The position numbers and the translations under genes were made by a program. The notes beneath the pieces were generated by a model. The model was not told the origin of the DNA. It worked only from the letters and a program-made list of their open reading frames with translations, and ran no database searches. A stretch of 64,000 nt of DNA from an uncultured delta proteobacterium (lineage in GTDB: Bacteria; Desulfobacterota; Binatia; UBA9968). The stretch is from the NCBI GenBank assembly GCA_963728565.1, contig CAVSLC010000025.1, positions 1 to 64,000 of the forward strand, in the 5' to 3' direction. Shown here piece after piece: positions 50,595-61,060 of this stretch (positions are counted from its first letter, which is position 1; the number at the start of each line of letters is the position of its first letter).

Positions 50595-53296
50595 ATGGCA
50601 AACATACAATGGCATTCGACGCAGGTTGATTCCGTCCTCGGTCAACTGGGTACCGATCCACAGCAAGGCTTGACCGTTGAGGAGGCTGGACGGCGACTGG
50701 AGGTACACGGTTACAACGAACTGAAAAAGGAAGAGAAGAGTTCTCCCTTCATCCTTCTCATCAATCAGTTCAAGAACACTCTCATTATCATACTGGCGGT
50801 TGCCACGGTGCTATCCGCGATCATCGGCGACCTGCTTGACGCCGGCATTATCCTGGCGATCATCGTCTTCTGCGCTCTGTTGGGATTTGTTCAGGAGTAT
50901 CGCGCTGAGCGCGCCCTGGACGCTTTGAAGAAAATGCTCACTCCAACGATTACGGCGCTGAGAGGAGGGCGGGAAGAGGAAATTCCATCAAAGGAACTGG
51001 TCCCTGGTGATATCATCCTGCTCGAGGCCGGAGATAAGATACCCGCCGACGGGCGCTTAGTCGAAATTCACTCACTGCAGTGCGACGAGGCTCCATTGAC
51101 GGGAGAGTCCTTTCCCGTGGAGAAAGATCTCAAAGTTTTACCCGAAGCGGTACCGGTAGGCGATAGAAAAAATATGGTATTTACCGGTACCGCGGTTAGC
51201 TATGGCGAGGCAAGGCAGTGGTGACGGATACTGGATTCAAAACCGAGTTCGGGAAGATCGCCAGTGAATTGGCGACCGTTTCGCAGGAGAAAACGCCTCT
51301 GGAAAAACGCACGGAAGAGATCGGAAAATGGCTTGGAATCATTGCCGTGAGCGCCTGTGTTTTGGTTGTGGTGACCAGCATCGTTCGGGAAGCGATCGGC
51401 GGAAGCTTGGATCTGCAATTCATTCTAATGATGCTGATGTTCGCAATTGCCCTGGCAGTAGCTGCCGTTCCCGAAGCGCTTCCCGCCATCGTGACGGGAG
51501 CCTTGGCCATAGGCATGCGTGAAATGGCAAAGCGTAATGCGCTCGTAAGGAAAATGCCGGCAGTGGAAACTCTGGGTTGCACGACGGTGATCTGTTCCGA
51601 CAAGACCGGAACTTTGACGAAAGGAGAGATGACGGTCCGGCGGGTCTTTGGGGGCGGAAAGCCCGTCGAAGTGAGCGGCGTAGGTTATGCGCCCGAAGGC
51701 GGCTTAAGTCCGGCTTCTAATAACCCGTCATTGAACATGCTGTTTAAAGGCGGAATCCTGTGCAACGACTCCACGCTTTTGGAAACGGGAGGCAAGTGGT
51801 CCATCAAAGGCGATCCGACCGAAGCCGCCCTCATGGTCCTTGCAGCCAAGGCAGGGCTGGGGCGAGAGCAAATCAGAAATCAATGTCCTAGGATCGGGGA
51901 ATTTCCTTTCAGCTCGGATAGAAAACGGATGACTACGATCCACACGATGGAGGACGGCAAGCGCAGGGGGTTTATGAAGGGAGCCCCGGAAGTGATCCTC
52001 GATCGATGTTCGTCCATCTTGAGTGGAGATGAGATAAGCGCGTTGGACGACAGCGAACGTAAAAGAATCCTTTCGGCAAACGAGGAAATGGCTACCGATG
52101 CGTTGAGGGTTCTTGCGATAGCCTACAGCGACCTTCCGGAGGCGGATCAATATAACGAAGATTTCGTTGAAAAAGACCTCGTGTTTCTAGGCCTGATCGG
52201 CATGATGGATCCGCCCAGAGAGGAGGCCCTCGAGGCAGTGCGAGTGTGCCGGCAGGTGTCAATTAAGCCCATCATGATCACCGGCGATCACAAACTCACT
52301 GCCCTCGCTGTAGCGAAGGAACTTGGAATTCACCGCGAAGGAGATCTCGTATTTACGGGGGAAGAGCTTAGTAAAATTGACGATGACGAATTTGAACGCA
52401 TTGTTGATAAGATTACCGTCTACGCCAGGGTCTCGCCACTCGATAAACTCAAAATTGTCAAGGCGTGGAAGAACCGGGGCGAAGTTGTTGCCATGACCGG
52501 TGACGGGGTCAACGATGCCCCAGCCTTGAAACACGCCGACATCGGGATAGCGATGGGCATCACCGGCACCGAAGTGGCGAAAGAGGCAGCGGATATCGTC
52601 CTGAGCGATGATAATTTTGCCACAATTGTCCGTGCCATCGAGCGGGGCAGATGGATCTATGACAATATTAAAAAATATTTAACCTATCTACTCAGAGCGA
52701 ATATTACCGAAGTCGTGGTGTTAGGCGGCGTTGTCATGGTCATGGGGCCCGAGTACTTGCCGCTTCTTCCGGCGGCGATCCTGTATATCAACCTGGCAAC
52801 CGATGGGCTTCCAGCGCTCGCGCTGGGGGTGGCGCCTGCGGATCCGGATATCATGCAGAGAGCTCCGCGCGACCCTAGGGAGAGCGTGTTTTCAAAGGAT
52901 GTAAGAATGCTGATCCTGATGGCCGTACTCATCGAGTGCCCGCTATTCCTGTGGATGTTCTTTCGATCCCAACCGGATATGGAACTTGCGCGGACTCTAA
53001 TCTTTTTCATGTTCGTTTTTATCGAGCTCCTCATTGCCGTTAACTTCCGCTCTCTAAGGTACAGCCTGATACAAGCGCCGCCGCACAAGTGGCTCCTGAT
53101 CGCCATCGGCTGGGAACTGGCTCTGATTGTCGTGTTGATTCAATTTCCAGCGGTCCGAGATGCCTTCGGAATCACCATGCCGTCGGCCTCCGACATCGGG
53201 ATGATCGTTGCCCTTGGCGTCGGCATCGTCATTGTAATCGAGATAGCGAAGGCCGGTTTCAGGACGACGACGCGCGGGCGCACTATGACGGCTTAG
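50595..53296 (+). CDS. P-type IIA cation (Ca2+/Mn2+)-transporting ATPase; one frameshift near 51207
   Basis: LTGES, PEALP, CSDKTGTLT, KGAPE, DPPR, MITGD, TGDGVNDAPALK; split between ORFs 50595..51224 and 51218..53296. Confidence 0.9.
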
Positions 53297-53825
53297 GCGG
53301 AACGGCGGTAGGCCAACCCACGTTTTCCCGAGCGGACTGCCCGACCTGGCGGCCCTTCTCGTTGTCAGCGAGCGTCGAGGGCATTCCAATTTTTTCCGCG
53401 ATCCTATCTCGTCAATCGCGCCGAGCCGGCGCGCCGCTGATGGAGGCGATGGGCGAGAAAATGTCTGCTTGATGAACGATCATGGCGCGCCGTCACCGAC
53501 AAGACGACTGAAGATACGACCGTTCGTTGGTGACGTATCCAACAGCGCAGCTTTGCGGTCCCGTGATTTTTCTGGCGCGCTGAAGCGGCCAGGAGGTATC
53601 TGGCGGTGAGCTACGGCAGCGGCACTGATCCGCTCGGACTCAAGCTTCCACGAAGACGGACGTGGTTTCGCGGGCTGCAAGAATACCGATCATTTCCTAT
53701 GAGAATGAAGATCTCGGCGCCAGCGCGCAGCGCTGAAGAATGCGAGTTTGTTCTTGGGGATCCGCGAGTAGCTCCTGTCTCTCGTAGGAGTATCGCTTGC
53801 TGAATGGGTTCAGCCTGGCATCGTG

Positions 53826-54812
53826 CTAAGCTTCGTCTCCGGTTAGATCCGCTTTGACGGGCTTTTGCAAATGCGGTTCTTTAGGATTTTTGGGCTTGAT
53901 CAGCCACGATGCAATGATCGAGAGCAGCAACACGCCGCCGATGACCGCCAAGGAAACACCGATCGGAATCTTGTAGATGTCGACGAGCATCATTTTGGCG
54001 CCGACGAAGCAAAGAACAACAGATAGACCGATTTTTAGATACACGAACATTTCCATGACACCGGCAAGCATAAAGTAGAGGGCACGCAGTCCGAGAATCG
54101 CAAACACGTTCGATGTATAGATGATGAAGGGATCGTCGGTTATGGCGAAAATCGCCGGAATGGAGTCGATGGCGAAAATCACGTCGGTGGTTTCGACCAC
54201 GATGAGCACCAGCATCAAAAGCGTAGCGTAACTCTTGCCTTCACGGCGAATAAAAAAGTTCTGACCATCGTACTTTCTGATGATCGGTACCAATCTTTCG
54301 AACAGCCTCACCACGGGATTTTTCTCCGGCTCGATCTTTTCGTCTCCTTGAAGGTACATTTTGATTCCGGTGACGACCAAGAAGCCGCCGAAAATATAGA
54401 TCATCCAATGGAAATTGCTCAGCAGCGCGGATCCGGTGGCAATGAAAATGGCGCGTAAGATCAAAGCGCCGAGAATACCCCAAAAAAGCACGCGGTGCTG
54501 GTATTCGCTGGGCGTGCTGAAATATTGAAAGATCATCAGAAACACGAACAAGTTGTCGACGCTCAGGGATTTTTCGATGACATATCCGGTGAGGAACTCG
54601 AGCGCTTTTTCAGATCCCCACGCGTAATAGATCCCAACATTGAAGATCATCGCCAAGCAGACCCAGACAACGCTCCAGATCGATGCTTCCTTAATCGAAA
54701 TCGTGTGGGCTTTGCGGTGGAATACACCCAAATCCAAGGCAAGCATCCCTAAGACAAAAATGTTAAAGCCGATCCAAAGAAATAGTCGTTCCGATTCCAT
54801 TATGACTTCCAT
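53826..54812 (-). CDS. TerC/Alx family protein, second paralogue (start may be 54800)
   Basis: EKSLSVDNLFVF, QHRVLFWGILGA, ETTDVIFAIDSIPA. Confidence 0.95.
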   Translation of the reverse strand: MEVIMESERLFLWIGFNIFVLGMLALDLGVFHRKAHTISIKEASIWSVVWVCLAMIFNVGIYYAWGSEKALEFLTGYVIEKSLSVDNLFVFLMIFQYFSTPSEYQHRVLFWGILGALILRAIFIATGSALLSNFHWMIYIFGGFLVVTGIKMYLQGDEKIEPEKNPVVRLFERLVPIIRKYDGQNFFIRREGKSYATLLMLVLIVVETTDVIFAIDSIPAIFAITDDPFIIYTSNVFAILGLRALYFMLAGVMEMFVYLKIGLSVVLCFVGAKMMLVDIYKIPIGVSLAVIGGVLLLSIIASWLIKPKNPKEPHLQKPVKADLTGDEA

Positions 54813-54879
54813 TCTCCTGATGTTCGGCGATTGCGCCGAGCTACCCTGTTAAGACAACGACGGGATTGGAGAAAGAAGT

Positions 54880-55200
54880 CTAAATGCGGAAGACTCGTAG
54901 TAGCCGATGCAAATTTCCAGGGCTACTGCGGGGTGGTGAGAGTGACGTGAGCGAGGATTGCGCTTTTCTAGCTGCGTGTCGGCTGCCGATCTGGGAATTG
55001 AGAGATCGGGCCAATCTTTTCCGGTGCGGTCGAGCTTTGCGTGCTTCCGAATGTCTCAGAATTTGTTCTTGCAGCTTCTCGGAGGAAATAGGCTCGTCGG
55101 CGGACTCCGCGAGCGCCGATTGAAGCACGAAAATATCCATCCCGGAGAGGCCGAAAGTCAGGAAGAAAAGCAAAATCATGTAGCGCAGTGGCGGTACCAT
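54880..55200 (-). CDS. Putative leader ORF upstream of the second TerC
   Basis: Hydrophobic N-terminus, basic middle; ends NLHRLLRVFRI*. Confidence 0.6.
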   Translation of the reverse strand: MVPPLRYMILLFFLTFGLSGMDIFVLQSALAESADEPISSEKLQEQILRHSEARKARPHRKRLARSLNSQIGSRHAARKAQSSLTSLSPPRSSPGNLHRLLRVFRI

Positions 55201-55242
55201 AAGCTTACATCGCTAACAATTAGGCAAGGTCAAGTCAATCAG

Positions 55243-56889
55243 TCACTGGCCGAATCGAGAATAGTCGTGCTCACGGCTGGTGATGAACTCCAAGAGCGCC
55301 GCCTTACCCTCCTGGGTGGCCTTCTTGGCGCGCTCGAAGGCCGGCGCGATTTTATCCGGATCCTCGACTCTTTCGCTCCAACCGCCGAGCGCCCGACCAA
55401 TATCTGCATAATTGCCGCCGACGTTTTGCGTGCCAAAAAGTTTATGCGAGGTCGCCATGTGGCGCGTTTCAGCGGCCATGAAATTATTGTTCAACACGAC
55501 TGTTAGGATCGGAATATTGCATCGGACTGCCGTTTCGAAGTCCAGCCCGGTCATGCCGAAGGCAGCATCGCCCATGAAGTTGACGCAGAATTTTTCTGGT
55601 GCTGCCAATTTGGCGCCCATGATGAGCCCAAGTCCGGTGCCCAGCGCATGAGATTTTCCCCATCCGATGTAACTGCGCGGGATCGGCGCTTGATAAAACG
55701 GAACCAGTTGATTGCGCGGGCTGCCGGCATCATGAGTGATAATCGCGTCTCTGGGATCGATGGCGCGCATGAACTCCCAAAAAACCCGATAGGGGTTAAT
55801 CGGAACTTCTTTGGAAGTGAGCTTAGGCATCCACTGCTCTAGCCAGGGATCCCTTATTTCCTTGATCTTCGCGGTTACCGCATCCACTTTTTTTGGTCGG
55901 TTCACGCCTTGAGCATCTTTTACCGCTTCAATAAATTGACTGAGCACCGGCTTGGCATCACCTAGGATCGGAACGTCGGCGATATAGTGTTTATTGAGGT
56001 CGCGCTCGTCGTTGGTCGCATGGATAATGGTTTTGCCAGGAGGAATAGGCGCAGCGACGATGCTATGCCGGGTAAGACTCGCGCCGATAGCGAATACGAC
56101 ATCGGCCGTCCGCAAAAACTCGTGCACTGTCGGGGGCATAACCCCAGCGCCGGTGCCGAGCGACAATGGATGAGTTTCCGGGAATGCGCTCTTGCCTTCG
56201 AGCGGCGTGGTCACCGGCGCTTGCAGCAATTCGGCAAGCTCGAGCAACTCATCCGATGCCTCGGCGTAGAGTACGCCTTGTCCGGCAATGATAACCGGGC
56301 GATGAGCTTGCACCAGAATCCGCGCAGCTTCAGCGATATCCTGGGGATTCGCGCCACTAACCGTGCGTCTGACCGGGGCATAAATGAGTTCGTTATCGTT
56401 CATCTCCTCAGTCGCTACATCGGCCGGAATCTCAACAAGCACGGGTCCGGGCCGGCCCATTTTCAGAAGGCTGAATGCGCGTCGCATGACGTCGCTGGTA
56501 TGAGAAGCCAGGGCAATTTCTTCGGTCCACTTGGTTACCGTCGCGTAGGATTGCGTTGATCTAAAGAAGTGATGGACCTGAGAAGTGGATCGAGCGTGGC
56601 CGACCGGTAAAAGCAGAACTGGAACCGAGTCGGAATAGGCAGTAGTAATGCCTGAATAGGCGTTTTCCGCGTCCGGGCCCGCCTGCATCGTAAACACGCC
56701 AATGCGCCGGCCATTTAAAATCCGGGTATAACCGTCGGCGATGCCGACACCGACTCTTTCTTGACGACAGATCAACGGCTTAATCCCCGCCGCCGCGGCA
56801 GCCTCGATCAGGGTATTGGTTGGATAGCAAGCAAGAAAATCCACACCTTCACGTTTTAGGATTTGGCTGATGGCATCGACAACTCGCAT
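55243..56889 (-). CDS. Thiamine pyrophosphate-requiring protein (acetolactate synthase-like)
   Basis: CRQERVGVGIADG, RPGPVLVEIP, GDAAFGM...LNN TPP motif. Confidence 0.92.
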   Translation of the reverse strand: MRVVDAISQILKREGVDFLACYPTNTLIEAAAAAGIKPLICRQERVGVGIADGYTRILNGRRIGVFTMQAGPDAENAYSGITTAYSDSVPVLLLPVGHARSTSQVHHFFRSTQSYATVTKWTEEIALASHTSDVMRRAFSLLKMGRPGPVLVEIPADVATEEMNDNELIYAPVRRTVSGANPQDIAEAARILVQAHRPVIIAGQGVLYAEASDELLELAELLQAPVTTPLEGKSAFPETHPLSLGTGAGVMPPTVHEFLRTADVVFAIGASLTRHSIVAAPIPPGKTIIHATNDERDLNKHYIADVPILGDAKPVLSQFIEAVKDAQGVNRPKKVDAVTAKIKEIRDPWLEQWMPKLTSKEVPINPYRVFWEFMRAIDPRDAIITHDAGSPRNQLVPFYQAPIPRSYIGWGKSHALGTGLGLIMGAKLAAPEKFCVNFMGDAAFGMTGLDFETAVRCNIPILTVVLNNNFMAAETRHMATSHKLFGTQNVGGNYADIGRALGGWSERVEDPDKIAPAFERAKKATQEGKAALLEFITSREHDYSRFGQ

Positions 56890-57175
56890 GGTTCACCTCG
56901 TTTCGAATCAATCGGATTAAACGTTTGAGGCCGGTTTCAAACAGTCAGTACTTCGAGAGAAATGTATCGGTCTCGGTTGCTTAACGGATCAGACTCAGAA
57001 CTGCGCGCCTCCGTTCCACGCGTGCAGCGATGGCATCGAGGCGCATCCGGGATAGCCCGCCAGCCGTGGACGCTATCACTCCTGGATGGTTTTTCAACCG
57101 GCAGTTTACTGATAACGATCGGAACCAAGCAGTCAATGGTTCGGCTGCGTCCGTTCGATGATCGCAGCGGTGCTG

Positions 57176-57943
57176 CTACGAATCAAATTGAATCCGCCAG
57201 TAATAGTTCGCAAGGCCGATGTACTCGTGCACCGTTGCGTATATGCCGCGAGCGGCGCCTTCGCCCGGGAAAAAATCCAGTGGCGTGAGTCGCAGCTTGC
57301 CGAGCGTGTAATCGCCCGGCGCCGGAACCGGTTCCGGGGCTTTTGCTTTGAATGCCAGCATGCTGCGCGGCATGTGCAGTGCTGATGTAACCAGCAAGTA
57401 GCGCTTCCAACCCCGCCGTTTGAGAAGCTTTTGCACTTCAGCTGCGCTCTCGAAGGTATCTCGGGATCTGCCCTCGCCAATGACATGGTGTTTCGGCACG
57501 CCCCAGCGAATCAGATACTCGCGACCGATCCGGTTCTCGTCTTTATCGGGGGTGAACGGATTGACGTGCCCGCCGGATAGAATAATCGGCTTGGGTTGGA
57601 TTCGATAAAGACGCCAGGCTTCATCGAGACGGCGAAACATATGCTCGTCTATGGTCGAGAAAGGAATCAGCCCTTCGGGCGGGATCATACTGCCGGTGAG
57701 GACCACGATGGCGTCGTAAGAGAGAGCGCCCGGATCGAGCAGCGGCGCATAGCGTGACTCAAGGGGATAGCGCAACGCATAACCAACCAAGCTGCTGTGC
57801 AACGCGGTGATCAGCACCAAGGTCAACAGAAGTAACTTGCGGGCCCAGCGCCGGCGCCAAAATATCAGCACCGCCAGCAGCATCAGCAGCCATGGGGTTG
57901 GCGGTAGAACGAGCGCTTTCAGAAACTGCTTAAGTACGAACAT
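57176..57943 (-). CDS. YdcF/DUF218 family protein
   Basis: AIVVLTG, EGRSRDTFESA, LLVTSALHMPRS, HEYIG. Confidence 0.9.
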   Translation of the reverse strand: MFVLKQFLKALVLPPTPWLLMLLAVLIFWRRRWARKLLLLTLVLITALHSSLVGYALRYPLESRYAPLLDPGALSYDAIVVLTGSMIPPEGLIPFSTIDEHMFRRLDEAWRLYRIQPKPIILSGGHVNPFTPDKDENRIGREYLIRWGVPKHHVIGEGRSRDTFESAAEVQKLLKRRGWKRYLLVTSALHMPRSMLAFKAKAPEPVPAPGDYTLGKLRLTPLDFFPGEGAARGIYATVHEYIGLANYYWRIQFDS

Positions 57944-58049
57944 CGATGGTCATCAGAAGCCTGACGAGAAAAGGCATGGATCAACAATTGGAGTATGCTC
58001 GTCCACCTCGAACATAAACGAACTGCCGGCTGATCATCGCGACTGCTAA

Positions 58050-58695
58050 CTATTCCGCGTCGGGTTGGTGTTCCGGCGCGGCATTGGCAAACGCTGGAAG
58101 GGACATACAGGCAGATTCGACTGCGAGCAGTTTTGGGTACGCTGACAGATCGACACCGAAGCGGCGCGCATTGCCGAGTTGCGGCACAAGGCAGATATCG
58201 GCCATGGTCGGCGTTTTGCCGAAGCAAAAATCTTCCCTGTCCGGTAACCGAATTTATCATCTGTTCCAGCGCCGAAAACCCAAGATTGATCCAATGGCGC
58301 GCCCAACGGATCGTGTCGTCATCGGATTGTTTGTGATCGCTCTTGAGGTGATTCAGCACCCGGAGATTTTGAATCGGATGCACCTCGCAGGCAATCAGCA
58401 GCGCCATGCTGCGCACGACCGCGCGCTCGGCTGCATCGCTGGGGAGCAAAGGCGGTTTTGGATAGCGCTCATCCAGATACTCGATAATCGCTAAAGACTG
58501 TGAAAAAATTTGTCCCTCATCTTCCAGCGCCGGCACTAGAGCCTGTGGATTGATCGCCTTGTACGCCGGCTTCAACTGCTCGCCGCCGCCGCGCCGCAAG
58601 TGTATCGGCGCCTGCTCGTAATCCAGACCTTTTATGTTAAGCGCGATGCGTACGCGGTAGGATGCCGAACTGCGAAAAAATGTATAAAGCTTCAT
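58050..58695 (-). CDS. maiA: Maleylacetoacetate isomerase (GST-zeta); +1 frameshift in a homopolymer at 58226-58230
   Basis: FRSSASYRVRIAL, INPQALVP, HPIQNLRVL; removing one T gives FCFGKTPTMADICLVPQ...QPDAE*. Confidence 0.88.
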
Positions 58696-58802
58696 CTTGG
58701 ACCTTTGTCAGGGAGCCTCAGAACTATCCACTTCGATAATAGCCGTTGGCGGGCCTGCACGAATTACTGCAGCCTGCCCGAAACTGTGCCACGCGGCAGT
58801 TT

Positions 58803-59774
58803 TTACGCTGCTAACTCCACCGATGTGACGAACGGCAGACCGGTGACAATCTCGCGCGCGCCGGCGTCATCGATAACCAGCAGAGTCCCGTCGGAGGTGC
58901 CGGCGATCATGCCTTTGCCGTCCGGCAGCGGGCACATGTGCATGACGCCACCTTTGAGATTATCGATGATTTTCTCCCAAGTGGATCCTTTATCTTGGCT
59001 GCGGAAAATAGCGGCCATGGCGCCCTCTTTACGAATCCATCCATTAGGCCGTCCCTTTGCGCTGCCGAGATATACGACGCCATCGTTGTCCTCGGCCACG
59101 GATGTGCCGTAGTCGTGGCTCTTGGGAGTGATCGCTTCCCAATGGGCTGCACGATCGAAACTGCGAAACGCAGCCTCGCCGCACGCCGCGAACACCAATC
59201 CTGCAGTACTTCTCGACGCCAGAACTTCATGGATATCCATGTCGGTCAGCCCTTCATTGGCCGGCTGCCAGTTCTGACCGTCGTCATCGCTAACGAGCAC
59301 GCCGCCGACTTCGATTCCGGCATAGATGCGGTTGGGAGAAGCGGGATCGAATGTCAAATAACGCGTCCGTGATTGCAGTTCGGGACTTGGCGGAAAATTC
59401 GCCCCCGCGCTGTTGATCCGTACCCCTTCCAACTCTTCCCAGCCGCCGTTCTTGCTGCGGTAAACCGCCGAGGGAATCGTGCCCACCATGACTCGCCCAT
59501 TTAACGCGAGTATGGCAAACAACATCATCTTGGGGACATTTGGCTGCGCACGATTCCAACTCGCTCCGGCATTATCGGTGTAAAACAGACCGGAATGCTC
59601 GGTGCCCGCGTAAATCTTCTGCGAGTTCTCCGGGTCAACCGACATACACGTCAGGCTCCAGTATGACAGATCGCGTTTGGTTTGTTGCCACTCCCTGCCG
59701 TCCCGTTCGAAGCGATACCAACCGGACAGTGTCGCGACATGCAATGCCTTTTTCTTACCATTGAACTCCGTCAT
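58803..59774 (-). CDS. BNR/YCF48-like beta-propeller protein
   Basis: Repeated S/T-x-D-x-G-x-x-W motifs (TDNAGASW, SDDDGQNW, SQDKGSTW); AAGGAG RBS. Confidence 0.85.
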   Translation of the reverse strand: MTEFNGKKKALHVATLSGWYRFERDGREWQQTKRDLSYWSLTCMSVDPENSQKIYAGTEHSGLFYTDNAGASWNRAQPNVPKMMLFAILALNGRVMVGTIPSAVYRSKNGGWEELEGVRINSAGANFPPSPELQSRTRYLTFDPASPNRIYAGIEVGGVLVSDDDGQNWQPANEGLTDMDIHEVLASRSTAGLVFAACGEAAFRSFDRAAHWEAITPKSHDYGTSVAEDNDGVVYLGSAKGRPNGWIRKEGAMAAIFRSQDKGSTWEKIIDNLKGGVMHMCPLPDGKGMIAGTSDGTLLVIDDAGAREIVTGLPFVTSVELAA

Positions 59775-59890
59775 GGTTATCTCCTTTTGGCGTGCCGCAG
59801 CGAATTGAGACATTTCTAACTCGTTCAGGGGACAGATCGCAACCGCGTGTTTGCCTAGATCTAAAAAAACATGACGCTGGCGAGCGGATG

Positions 59891-60254
59891 TCAGTTGGGT
59901 ATGGTTTGGCGGATGTATTCGATTGCCTGGCTGACGAAGGACTGAAAACGTTTGGTTGCGGATTGGTCGGTCAACTCGCGGGTTCTCGCCGCTATGAGAA
60001 CCGCCAGTGCCTCGGGCGAGGCAAATGTCACTAAGCCTTCGAGTGCTGCTTGCTAATTTCTTCGTCCCTGTGGTCCAGCGCTTCAGTCAGGAGCTGAATT
60101 GCCATCGGATCGCGCCGCTCCCAGGCAACCTTGACGAGGAAAGCGGGCGGTTAACACCGGAAGCACGTCCCCCGGCATTTCAAGTAGTTCAAAAATGCAT
60201 GTTCTTTGGCGCCGCCACAAAATCGTTCCAGAATTTTCTAATGTCGATTGCCAC
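59891..60254 (-). pseudogene. Degenerate HEAT-repeat-like gene
   Basis: Fragments in several frames join into EHAF.ELLEMPG..FLVKVAWERRDPMAIQLLTEALD..QAALEGLVTFASPEALAVL..*. Confidence 0.5.
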
Positions 60255-60262
60255 CGCCGAGC

Positions 60263-60895
60263 CTATTTCCGCCAGAGATCAATCAATCTGGAAGAATCCA
60301 CCAGATCGCCGAATCTTTCGATGCGTTTAAGCGCGGCATTGTGACCTTCTTCGGTATAAGTGCCGACGCAGTCGCGCACGACAACCATGAAGTAACCGCG
60401 ATTATGACCATCGCGAACCGTCGCTTCGACGCCGCCGTCCGTCGTACAGCCGATCATCACCACAGTCGACGCGCCGCGATTGTTGAGAATCGTTGCGAAC
60501 TCGTTGCCGATAAACATCGTCGGTCGCCGCTTGTCGATGATCATATCGTTTTCACCGGGTTTAAATGGTTCCATGAATTGCCAGCCAAAGCTGCCGTGGA
60601 GCCGGCGCGGTTTCAGTTGGTTTGGATCATCGACCTTTTGATCTTTCATGCCGCGGCGGATCCAGCTTGGCGCCTCGTCCTTCCACAAGAAAGGCGTTTG
60701 TCGCGTGTAGATCGTCTTTATGCGGCTATGAGCGGCTGCGGCGATTACCGGCGGGCTGTTGCGTATCAAATCCTGTTTGTTGAATGCACCGCCGGCCTGA
60801 TCGTTTTGCATGTCCCAAACCAGCAGTACCGAGCGGCTCGGGTCAACGATTTCACTTAACTCGACAGGTATTTTTCTTCCTTCGAACTCGATCAT
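60263..60895 (-). CDS. Cysteine hydrolase (isochorismatase family)
   Basis: LLVWDMQND, IDKRR, GCTTDGGVEATVRD. Confidence 0.9.
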   Translation of the reverse strand: MIEFEGRKIPVELSEIVDPSRSVLLVWDMQNDQAGGAFNKQDLIRNSPPVIAAAAHSRIKTIYTRQTPFLWKDEAPSWIRRGMKDQKVDDPNQLKPRRLHGSFGWQFMEPFKPGENDMIIDKRRPTMFIGNEFATILNNRGASTVVMIGCTTDGGVEATVRDGHNRGYFMVVVRDCVGTYTEEGHNAALKRIERFGDLVDSSRLIDLWRK

Positions 60896-61060
60896 ACGCG
60901 CACCGCTTCTTTCCGGGTTGTCGCTGAATCCCTTCTGTAAAGGAACGACTGCGAAAGCACTTTCACTTTCCGAGATCTGCCTTCGTCAGTATTGGCCGTA
61001 TTGTTGGTCTCGGCGCGGAGCCATCAAGTAATCGCGTCGTCATCAGCCGGAGCTCATTAG

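Noticed and set aside
53297-53825. Roughly 530-bp gap with short ORFs
   Set aside because: No motif, repeat or RBS-supported ORF was found
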